A stretch of 64,000 nucleotides of DNA from Cyclobacteriaceae bacterium (GTDB lineage: Bacteria > Bacteroidota > Bacteroidia > Cytophagales > Cyclobacteriaceae), in NCBI GenBank assembly GCA_028281285.1, contig JANQKF010000031.1:5335-69334 (forward strand), in the 5' to 3' direction. Each line of letters starts with the position of its first letter. Position 1 is the stretch's first letter. Below the pieces are notes generated by a model. That model was not told the DNA's origin, searched no databases, and worked only from the letters and a program-made list of their open reading frames with translations. Made by a program: the position numbers and the translations under genes. Below, piece after piece: positions 9,717 through 18,150 of this stretch.

Positions 9717-10994
9717 CTAGTCGTTTTTAGCGACTGCCTCATTGGGATCGAGTCTTTTGACAGGCTTATTGTCAAGCCCATCCGGATCCGAGAGATACAC
9801 ACTTTTGCCTTCTTCAATACCGGCCAGGATGATCACCTCATCAGAATTGGACATACCAAGTTGAACCTCTTGCTTGATGGAATTCAGCCCGTCCTTTACA
9901 ATAACATAAGTGATAGAGTCGCCCTGGCTGTGTATGGCTTCTACCGGTACGAACAGCACATCTTCAAGCACATCAGCCACAATTCTATTGCTTGTTGTCA
10001 TACCTGGACGCAGCGTAGTATCGGATTCGTGGATTTCTACAGAGATCTCAAATACCTTGGAATCAGAATTTGGACGTTGTTGACCCATATTGGCTACTTC
10101 AAGTACTGTTCCAGTCAGATGTTTATCCGGGAAGGCATCTAAACCAATCTCAACTGGCTGTCCTTTTTTTACCGTATTGATATCCACCTCGTTGATGTAG
10201 GTTTTTGATACCATTTTGGTCAAATCCGGTAACGTTGCCACTACTGGATCCCATGACGATACGCGACCTCCCTGGGCGATTTTATTTCCTCTCCAGTCTC
10301 TTTTATAGATTAACATGCCCGATTCCTCGGCTGTAATTGTGAACCTACCTGCCAGATCGGTAAGGAAATCAAGTTTTGTCTTGTCCTCGTTCATCTTTGC
10401 CTCAGCCGCCTTCATTTTCGCAGCCGCCTTTTGAACCTGAAGCTCGTAGTTTTCTTCTGCTCGAATCAGTTTCTTCTTTGAGCGATCAACCTCCATCTTC
10501 TTTTCTTTGACTACAGCAGGTGGTTCGAACTGACTGTTATCCAATACGAGTTCCTGCTTTTGGATCTCGTACTTGATATTGTCCATTTCATCCCGTGCCT
10601 TTCTCAACTCCATGGCTGTGTCGAGTTTGGCTTGTGTGAATTCAGCCGTACTTACCGTCAAATCATTCCTTTCTTGCTGAATTTTTTGACCCAGTTCCGA
10701 TTGATCCAGGCGAGCTACATAATCACCGGGTTGCACAATAGTACCCTCATCAATGATATGGCTAATACTGGTTTCCCAAATATTGGCTTGACGCATGCCA
10801 TCAGGACCTTTGATTTTTACTGAGTTTTTGGCAAAAAGCTCACCCGAAGCAGTGACCTCAGAACGGAATTGTCCCCGTTGAACTTGAGTATAAACTTCTC
10901 TGGATTCTGATGAACCTTTGTTGACCTTGGTGATGAAGAAAAGGATCAGCGCAACGAATACGCCTGCGATGACCATCACGGTTCGTTTTTTCAT
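9717..10994 (-). CDS. Efflux periplasmic adaptor subunit (MacA/HlyD-like)
   Basis: N-terminal anchor, lipoyl half-motifs (IIDEGTIVQPGD), long coiled coil, INEVDINTVKKGQPV, LRPGMT, VLFVPVEA. Confidence 0.9.
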   Translation of the reverse strand: MKKRTVMVIAGVFVALILFFITKVNKGSSESREVYTQVQRGQFRSEVTASGELFAKNSVKIKGPDGMRQANIWETSISHIIDEGTIVQPGDYVARLDQSELGQKIQQERNDLTVSTAEFTQAKLDTAMELRKARDEMDNIKYEIQKQELVLDNSQFEPPAVVKEKKMEVDRSKKKLIRAEENYELQVQKAAAKMKAAEAKMNEDKTKLDFLTDLAGRFTITAEESGMLIYKRDWRGNKIAQGGRVSSWDPVVATLPDLTKMVSKTYINEVDINTVKKGQPVEIGLDAFPDKHLTGTVLEVANMGQQRPNSDSKVFEISVEIHESDTTLRPGMTTSNRIVADVLEDVLFVPVEAIHSQGDSITYVIVKDGLNSIKQEVQLGMSNSDEVIILAGIEEGKSVYLSDPDGLDNKPVKRLDPNEAVAKND

Positions 10995-11180
10995 GGTGTT
11001 GTTGTTTTTTGAGCGTTTGAGTAACTATAAAGTTAGTTTTCTATTCCTTCTTTACAAGACATTTTCAAGATTTTTATGATTTGTTAACATAAAACGCACG
11101 ACCCAACAACACATGTCTTTTCATAATCAAAACGATCTACTTTTCAGATCATTACACCCTAAACGAATAGGGTTTGTTTA

Positions 11181-11978
11181 CTATTTTCTCTTTTTATCAC
11201 TTTTACAAATTTCCCCTTCAATCCAATCAATATATTGCGAAATTCTTACGTAGTATTCCTTCACTCCATACTTTCCTTCCACCCCACCCGAACCTTTAGT
11301 ACTTTGTCCGGAACTAATACCAGCAACATATACCTGATCCCCTTCTTTTATAAATGCAGGTCCACCGCTATCTCCGGGACCACTGATGCCTTCATAATCC
11401 GTGAGGTTCTTACTTTGACCATCTGGATCGTCAAACACCCACTTTAACCAATAGTCTGTAGCCTCTTCTACACGATTTGTCGCTCCTCGCAACTTCCCGT
11501 CATTCCCATCGATGCCAACCTGACCATTTCCTTTATCGCCTCTACCAATGACGTAGACAATCTTCCCAAGTTCATTTTTCTCCCGAAACAGCTCAACTTT
11601 TGTTCCGTATTTGGGAGCATTCTTGAGATGAATCAATGCTAAGTCAAATGCTTCGTCACGCTTCCACTTTTTATGAATAATTACTTCGTCTACTTCAATC
11701 TTCTCTCCATTGACAATAACCTGATGTGTTTCTCCAGCTTTTAGTTTGTTCTGAATCTCGATAGAACAATGAGCTGCCGATATCGCCCATTTGTCTTCAA
11801 TCATGGTGCCTTCACAATCCGGGAGATTTAAATGACACATATACTTTTGAAAATCTTTACCTAAGTCCTGAAAATCCTTATCGGACTTGTCGTGCCTGGT
11901 AATAATTTCAGGGGATGTTCCGTGCAACAGCATGGAAATTATTAGTCCAAGTTTAAATAGTCCCTTAGTTGTTGACAT
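11181..11978 (-). CDS. Trypsin-like (S1) serine protease, secreted
   Basis: Catalytic motifs SAAHC, DLALIHL and GDSGGP; signal peptide. Confidence 0.92.
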   Translation of the reverse strand: MSTTKGLFKLGLIISMLLHGTSPEIITRHDKSDKDFQDLGKDFQKYMCHLNLPDCEGTMIEDKWAISAAHCSIEIQNKLKAGETHQVIVNGEKIEVDEVIIHKKWKRDEAFDLALIHLKNAPKYGTKVELFREKNELGKIVYVIGRGDKGNGQVGIDGNDGKLRGATNRVEEATDYWLKWVFDDPDGQSKNLTDYEGISGPGDSGGPAFIKEGDQVYVAGISSGQSTKGSGGVEGKYGVKEYYVRISQYIDWIEGEICKSDKKRK

Positions 11979-12078
11979 AATGAGTTAGAGGCAATTTTGT
12001 CTGTATAAATTATACTTCCCTTTTAGGATGAACTGACCTCTTAAAAAGTTTTAACTTCGCTTTCTTTTAAGCGTTACA

Positions 12079-13947
12079 ATGAATCTTCTTTCTCTTGAGT
12101 CAGTTTCCAAGACCTTTGGCGATCGTGCTATTCTGGACGATATCACTTTTGGCCTTTCTCAGGGTCAAAAGGTGGCTTTAGTAGGAGTCAATGGTTCAGG
12201 AAAATCGACCTTACTTAAAATCATTTCTGGTGCAGAGTCACCCGATTCCGGGGATGTCATATTCAGAAATGACATTGTCATTCGCACACTATCTCAAAAT
12301 CCAAAATTCGAGGATGGTCAATCCATACTTGATGTAATCTTCGATACTGATGATGAGGCACTAACTCTGATCAGGAAGTATCAAAGACTCCTGGCTCAAA
12401 TCGAACAAGGTGAATCTGGCACTAATGATCTTCAACCACTGATCGATCGAATGGATGCTATCAATGCCTGGGATAGCGAAAGTCAAATCAAACAAATCTT
12501 AGGTAAGCTGGGAATCAATGACTTTGAAAAACCCGCAAATGAGCTATCCGGAGGACAGCAAAAAAGGGTATCGCTTGCCCAGACTTTAATTCAAAAGCCT
12601 GACCTTCTAATCCTTGACGAGCCAACCAATCACCTTGATATCGACACCATCGAGTGGCTCGAAAACTACCTCTCACAACAAAGTATGTCCCTGATTCTCG
12701 TTACCCATGACCGCTATTTCCTTGAAAAAGTAACGGATGAGATCATTGAGCTTGACAATGGACAGTTACATCATTACAAGGGTGATTACGGTTACTTTCT
12801 GGAAAAGAAAGGGGAACGCATTGCCAATGAGGCCAGTGAAGTCGCCAAAGCTAAAAACCTGTACAGAAAAGAGCTCGAATGGATAAGAAGAATGCCCAAG
12901 GCCAGAGGAACAAAAGCCAAGTATCGTGTCGATAGTTTCCAGGACACCAAAAAGAAAGCATTTAGTGGAACTCATGAAAAAGAACTGGAACTACGATCCA
13001 AAGCAACGCGACAGGGCAAAAAAGTACTAGAAATTGAAGGGCTTTCCCATGGTTTTGACGGAGTTCAACTCATCAAGGATTTCAATTATGTTTTTAAGAG
13101 AAGAGATCGAATCGGCATTGTGGGTGCCAATGGTTCCGGTAAAACGACTTTTTTAAAACTCATCACCGAAGAATTAAGCCCAAACTCCGGGGAAATCTCA
13201 AAAGGGCAAACGACCCAGTTTGGCTATTATCGTCAACAAGAATTTGGTTTCAATGAAGAACAGACTGTTCTCGAATTTGCCAAGGATATTGCGGAGGTGG
13301 TTGAGGTAGGTAAAGGGAAGACAATTACGATATCCCAATTCTTAACCAGGTTTTTATTTCCACCCAAAGTTCAATACAAGCTTATCGGGAAATTAAGCGG
13401 AGGGGAAAAAAGAAGACTTCAAATGCTGGAAGTGTTGATTCGCAATCCCAACTTCCTTATCCTGGATGAGCCGACAAACGACTTGGACCTCATCACTCTG
13501 AACACGTTAGAGCAATACCTGGAAGAGTTTGATGGTTGTTTGATCCTGGTTTCGCACGATAGATATTTTATGGACAAGCTGGTGGATCATCTTTTCATTT
13601 TCGAAGGAAATGGAGAGATTAGCGATTTCCCAGGCAACTATACCGACTATCGGCAAGGCCTGTCCTCAAAGCCTGACATTCCTACCACAGAAAAACCTCA
13701 AAGAGAAACGAACAAGGAAACCAACAGAAAAAGCAAGCTCTCTTACAATGAAAAAAGAGAATTTGAGCAGCTGGAAAAGGATATTCCTGAATTAGAAAAG
13801 CGTAAGGCTGAATTGATTGAAAAATTAAACGGTGGATCTGACAATCATGTTGAGCTCTCAGAATGGTCATTGGAGATCGAACAAATCAGCGAGGAATTGG
13901 ATGAAAAAGAAATGCGTTGGTTAGAGCTTTCAGAACAAGGCAGCTGA
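12079..13947 (+). CDS. uup: ABC-F family ATP-binding protein (Uup-like)
   Basis: Two NBDs (GVNGSGKST/LSGGQ/LDEPTNHLD; GANGSGKTT/LSGGE/LDEPTNDLD), no TM segments, C-terminal coiled coil KLSYNEKREFEQLE. Confidence 0.9.
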   Translation: MNLLSLESVSKTFGDRAILDDITFGLSQGQKVALVGVNGSGKSTLLKIISGAESPDSGDVIFRNDIVIRTLSQNPKFEDGQSILDVIFDTDDEALTLIRKYQRLLAQIEQGESGTNDLQPLIDRMDAINAWDSESQIKQILGKLGINDFEKPANELSGGQQKRVSLAQTLIQKPDLLILDEPTNHLDIDTIEWLENYLSQQSMSLILVTHDRYFLEKVTDEIIELDNGQLHHYKGDYGYFLEKKGERIANEASEVAKAKNLYRKELEWIRRMPKARGTKAKYRVDSFQDTKKKAFSGTHEKELELRSKATRQGKKVLEIEGLSHGFDGVQLIKDFNYVFKRRDRIGIVGANGSGKTTFLKLITEELSPNSGEISKGQTTQFGYYRQQEFGFNEEQTVLEFAKDIAEVVEVGKGKTITISQFLTRFLFPPKVQYKLIGKLSGGEKRRLQMLEVLIRNPNFLILDEPTNDLDLITLNTLEQYLEEFDGCLILVSHDRYFMDKLVDHLFIFEGNGEISDFPGNYTDYRQGLSSKPDIPTTEKPQRETNKETNRKSKLSYNEKREFEQLEKDIPELEKRKAELIEKLNGGSDNHVELSEWSLEIEQISEELDEKEMRWLELSEQGS

Positions 13948-14861
13948 TGAATTCATCGGTTCCGATAAGAAAATTAGGTCTAGTAAGCCTGTTGGCTTTC
14001 GGATTTGCAAATGCCCTTTTCGGTCAAATCAAGATTGAAGGCGTTGTGGTTGACGAGACCGACCAGCCCTTGCCCTATGTTGTCATCAGTGCTCTTGATC
14101 AATCATCAAATACTTATTCCAATACGGCTGGTGAATTTGAACTTGAAATTGTGCAACCCGATTCTGTTTCCTTTCAATGGCTGGGATACGTCAAAAAAAC
14201 TATTTACGTATACTCAGATACAACACTGAGAATAGCGCTTGAACCGAAACCGAACGAGTCTTTTTATTGGATTCGGCCTGATCCGTATATTTCCTATGGG
14301 TTGGCAAGTGGGGTAAATCACACACCTTACGGACTAAACCTGGAAGGTTCGTTTATCAACCCTTTTTTTGAGTCTCCACTTCTGAACCTGGGAGTAGATT
14401 TTCGTAGCAATTTTGACGGAAATTCCATGAGTCAAGCCTCAATCGGCATTAACCGACTTATTCGTTTATTTAATCGCAGGTGGGATTTCAAAATCGAAAG
14501 ACGTCATCGATCGATTGCTACAGATCGATTTGATCAAAATCTTGAATCCTGGATTTTCAGCCAGAATGAAAGTTTGTTCGGACTCACATTTTTCCCCGGA
14601 GTTGGGGTGATCAGCGACAGAAATAAAACTGGTATTCCTGAGTATTTTATTACCAAACTAGGCTTAACGCTACCAATAGTCCCCAACTGGAATGCCTATG
14701 CTGAAGTTTTAACCTGGAATGGAAATATTGAATTCTATTGGTTTACACGGTTCTTCGTTGCTCCGATTGAACTGACATTCGGCACAAGACATTTTGATCA
14801 CTACAATGAGATAAATATTGGGCTCTCTTACCTTGTGTTTAAGCGCGGAATCCGCGATTAG
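13947..14861 (+). CDS. Carboxypeptidase-regulatory-like domain protein with beta-rich (barrel-like) C-terminus
   Basis: Signal peptide then IEGVVVDETDQPLPYVVI...SNTAGEFEL; ATG 13947 overlaps the uup stop codon. Confidence 0.7.
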   Translation: MNSSVPIRKLGLVSLLAFGFANALFGQIKIEGVVVDETDQPLPYVVISALDQSSNTYSNTAGEFELEIVQPDSVSFQWLGYVKKTIYVYSDTTLRIALEPKPNESFYWIRPDPYISYGLASGVNHTPYGLNLEGSFINPFFESPLLNLGVDFRSNFDGNSMSQASIGINRLIRLFNRRWDFKIERRHRSIATDRFDQNLESWIFSQNESLFGLTFFPGVGVISDRNKTGIPEYFITKLGLTLPIVPNWNAYAEVLTWNGNIEFYWFTRFFVAPIELTFGTRHFDHYNEINIGLSYLVFKRGIRD

Positions 14862-14862
14862 C

Positions 14863-16176
14863 CTATCGCCTGGTGATTGATTTGTTCTTATCCAGACCCG
14901 CTTCCGCAATTGTGACAAGCATGGCCAACTTGATCGCATCTGCTCCATCCTTATTGATCCACCACTCATGGAGAGAGTGTGCTCCTCCTCCATCTCCTCC
15001 TCTGCCGAGTGTTACTGCAGGGATACCTAATGAGATGGGAATATTCGAATTTGTCGATCCTCTTGTAAGGCTTGGCTCAACATCAAAGAATTTTGTTCCC
15101 GCCATGGCACGTTGAATTAAGGGCAGATCTGTTGATAATTCACCACTCGGACGATCTCCGATTTGTTCGAGTATAAGTTCAATTGGTTTTCCCTTTACCC
15201 CACTGGCATTGTAGTCTTCGACTGCTTTATTCATTGCCTCCTTGAATATTCGATCAATGTCATTCAGTCGCTCTGGGCTCGCGGACCTCATATCCACTTC
15301 CATCCAGGATTCAAAGGGAATGGAATTCACGGACGTACCTCCCCCAATCCTTCCTATGTTAAAACTGGTACGAAGCCCATGAGATGTAAACACGGTAGCA
15401 TCCTTGGTGAAATAATCAATGGCCTTCCCCAGCGCATGATGCGGATTGGCCACACCAAAAGCACCCCAGGAGTGCCCACCTTGTCCTTTGAAGATTGCCT
15501 TATATCTCTTGGAACCCAGCCCTTTGTTGTTTACTCGACCAATCGCACCTCCATCTATGGATATCCAAGAGTCAATGCCTAAATCGCCTTCTTCAAACAA
15601 GTGCCTCACCCCTCTCAAATCACCAAGACCTTCTTCACCCACCGTCCCAATAAAAAGTACATCGGCTTCCAATTCAATTTGGGCTTGTTCCAAGGCCCTC
15701 AGTGCAGTCAAAACCACAATCAAGCCTCTCGTATCATCACCAATACCGGGAGCTAACATGGTGTCTCCCTTAAACCTTACCTTCACATCTGTTCCTTCGG
15801 GAAACACCGTGTCCAGATGCCCGTCCAAGGCTACAGTCCTATCCCCTTTCGTCCCTTCCTTCAATGCAATCACATTGCCTACCTCATCGATCCATGCCCT
15901 ATCGGCTCCGGCTTCGAGCAACATTTCCTTATACTTTAAGGCTCTCTTTGTTTCCTTAAAGGGTGGTGCCTCAATTTCTGTAAGCAGAATCAAGTCACTC
16001 TGCGACTGAGGTTCCAACTCATCAATAATGGCGAAAGCCCTCTCAACAGACTTCTCTTTGGCAAGTTTATTGATCTCTTTGGTATAGGATTTTTGAATTT
16101 CCGGGTCATGTTGGGCAACCAGGTAATTCACCGAAATGGCCACAAATAAGGTGGCAGTAAACATTCTCTTCATCAT
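14863..16176 (-). CDS. M20/M25/M40 family metallo-hydrolase, exported
   Basis: DGHLDTVF, GIGDD, GEEGLG, GGHSWG, GSTNSN, AHSLHEW; signal peptide. Confidence 0.88.
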   Translation of the reverse strand: MMKRMFTATLFVAISVNYLVAQHDPEIQKSYTKEINKLAKEKSVERAFAIIDELEPQSQSDLILLTEIEAPPFKETKRALKYKEMLLEAGADRAWIDEVGNVIALKEGTKGDRTVALDGHLDTVFPEGTDVKVRFKGDTMLAPGIGDDTRGLIVVLTALRALEQAQIELEADVLFIGTVGEEGLGDLRGVRHLFEEGDLGIDSWISIDGGAIGRVNNKGLGSKRYKAIFKGQGGHSWGAFGVANPHHALGKAIDYFTKDATVFTSHGLRTSFNIGRIGGGTSVNSIPFESWMEVDMRSASPERLNDIDRIFKEAMNKAVEDYNASGVKGKPIELILEQIGDRPSGELSTDLPLIQRAMAGTKFFDVEPSLTRGSTNSNIPISLGIPAVTLGRGGDGGGAHSLHEWWINKDGADAIKLAMLVTIAEAGLDKNKSITRR

Positions 16177-16293
16177 GGGTCAATGGTCCTGAGGATCAAG
16201 ATAAAACATTATTCCAAAGTCGCTTATCGTATTTCTGTCGAAAGGTTAACCCAATGAACAACTAACCCCTTAGTCCTGCGTTATTAAATTAGT

Positions 16294-16512
16294 ATGAACA
16301 CCACGGTTTGGATTATTATCGGCTCCCTTCTCCTTGTCACCTATACTATCAGCTTTATTGATTATCAAAAGTCGAGGCGTGGCCTTGAACGAAAGCAGGA
16401 GATCCCATTCTTTACAGCCTTCCTGATTGGACCGTTATTGTTCTTCAAAATGAACACCGGTCAGCGCAGAGAAAGGCGGAAATTTATGGCCGGCAAAAGG
16501 CGATTTTCTTAA
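16294..16512 (+). CDS. Small two-TM hypothetical membrane protein
   Basis: 72 aa with two hydrophobic segments and a basic tail; ATG start after an AT-rich leader. Confidence 0.6.
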   Translation: MNTTVWIIIGSLLLVTYTISFIDYQKSRRGLERKQEIPFFTAFLIGPLLFFKMNTGQRRERRKFMAGKRRFS

Positions 16513-16588
16513 CCAAATGTTAAGTCTTTAAATCAATCGTTATTCTTGAAGATCCAGACAAATCACTGATATCAATCAGGTGGGGATT

Positions 16589-16608
16589 ATCGGTATTTAA
16601 GTTCTGAT
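16589..16608. repeat. Direct repeat copy 1 (ATCGGTATTTAAGTTCTGAT)
   Basis: 19/20 identical to 18017-18036, including 16 contiguous identical bases. Confidence 0.8.
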
Positions 16609-16714
16609 TTGTTTGGCTGACTCCTCTTTGTGTTGATAGAATAAGTACTGAAGAAGTTAAAGGACAATTCTTAACAATCCTTCATGATTTTCGCGTTTAA
16701 CTGATTACTGAGAA

Positions 16715-17212
16715 ATGACCATGAACAACAAAGAACTTAGTTACACAATATCGTTACAAGCGACACGGTTTGAAGACTCTGCTGGGCTTCTCTTCAAAGT
16801 TGGAAGCTTTGATCCAAATAAGTATTATATCCCCGCATGGGTTTTAGCGGCATTTTCACTAGAACTTCATCTAAAATCAATACTTCAGTTTGAAAGTGGG
16901 ACAATAAAAAAAACACATAGGATCAAGGACATATTTGATGAATTGTCTAAGGAATCAAAAAAAAGGATCAGAGCGAATTTTGAGAACGAGATGTTGACAC
17001 ACCCATCACCTAATGCAAAACAGGTTGAGAAAGCAAGCGGAACGAAAATAGAGGAAGACTTCGATAGTGTTTTAGATGACATATCAAGCTTATTCGTTGA
17101 TTTTAGATACATATTTGAGCCAAAAAAAGAAGCTAGATCATTTATGTTTATCGACAATTTAAGAAGGTCAATTACTGACCGAGTTAGAGACTTAGGGATT
17201 AACAGTAAATAA
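16715..17212 (+). CDS. Standalone HEPN-superfamily-like protein
   Basis: AFSLELHLKSIL...KKTHRIKDIF...VDFRY matches the HEPN pattern E..LK....TH.L..L...RY; no MNT gene adjacent. Confidence 0.6.
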   Translation: MTMNNKELSYTISLQATRFEDSAGLLFKVGSFDPNKYYIPAWVLAAFSLELHLKSILQFESGTIKKTHRIKDIFDELSKESKKRIRANFENEMLTHPSPNAKQVEKASGTKIEEDFDSVLDDISSLFVDFRYIFEPKKEARSFMFIDNLRRSITDRVRDLGINSK

Positions 17213-17409
17213 CCTCCCATGAGTCTAGTTCTCAACTAATGTGGACTAAGACAACTACCCTCCAACATCAGAACCCAACAAACGAAGGGTTCCAAAATCG
17301 AAGCTCTTCCCTAATCAATCCAGTGAGGTGATTTCAAAATGGTTTTCAATTGCCTCTTAATTAGCTGGTTAAACAGTTTATATAGCTTAACCATAGTTAT
17401 GCTTCATAT

Positions 17410-17874
17410 ATGGAGAAAGAAATACTGATTACAATAAGAAGACTGAATAAAGAAGACATTGCGGAGTTCATTGAACTGGTGAAATTATTTGAAGATGTTT
17501 TTGAAATGGAGGACTTCTCAATTCCCACTACTGAACATCTTCAACAACTTCTTAACCGAGATGAGTTTGCCGCTTTTGTTGCTTTAAGTGATGAGAATAA
17601 AATCATAGGCGGTCTGACAACCTATGTGTTGGAGCAATATTATTCAGAAAAACCACTTGCCTATATCTTTGATCTGGCTGTAGATAAGAATCTTCAAAGG
17701 CAAGGCATTGGAAAAAGACTGATTGCCGAAACGAATAAATTCTATAAGAACAAAGGGTTTGAGGAGGTCTTTGTTCAGGCGGACAAAGTGGATGACTATG
17801 CCATTGAATTTTATCGGAAAACAGATCCTTCTGAGGAAGAGGACGTTTCCCATTTTTACTATAAGTTGAACTGA
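17410..17874 (+). CDS. GNAT N-acetyltransferase resembling AAC(3)-I aminoglycoside acetyltransferases
   Basis: YVL...YIFDLAV...QRQGIG...FVQADKVDDYAIEFYRK...EDVSHF parallels AAC(3)-Ia YVL...YIYDLAV...RRQGIA...YVQADYGDDPAVALYTK...EEVMHF (recalled, not aligned computationally). Confidence 0.8.
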   Translation: MEKEILITIRRLNKEDIAEFIELVKLFEDVFEMEDFSIPTTEHLQQLLNRDEFAAFVALSDENKIIGGLTTYVLEQYYSEKPLAYIFDLAVDKNLQRQGIGKRLIAETNKFYKNKGFEEVFVQADKVDDYAIEFYRKTDPSEEEDVSHFYYKLN

Positions 17875-18016
17875 AGAGAAAGTCCGGAAATACACCACAT
17901 AATATCTTTCAGATCCTTCCGTATGCACCCCAGACACCAACTGTCAAACAAATAAGCATATGATCCTATAATCAGAGTCGTTCAAGGTCTCACGCTACTG
18001 GCCTACTGCCATGTGG

Positions 18017-18036
18017 ATCGGTATTTAAGTTCGGAT
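18017..18036. repeat. Direct repeat copy 2 (ATCGGTATTTAAGTTCGGAT)
   Basis: Matches 16589-16608. Confidence 0.8.
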
Positions 18037-18150
18037 AATCATATATTACATCAGAATTGGTTGATCAAATGGTGTTTAGCGTGAACAGCTTTTTTTGTGA
18101 ATCCCGTTAGAAAACATAAACCGACCCGTTATTCTGTAAATGAGGCATAT

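Noticed and set aside
12079-13947. Uup as the missing ATPase for the MacB-type permeases
   Set aside because: ABC-F proteins are soluble ribosome/DNA-associated factors, not transporter NBDs.
16498-16525. dif/pdif-like site suggested by AAATGTTAAGT
   Set aside because: Only a partial XerD-arm resemblance, with no XerC arm at the 6-bp spacing.
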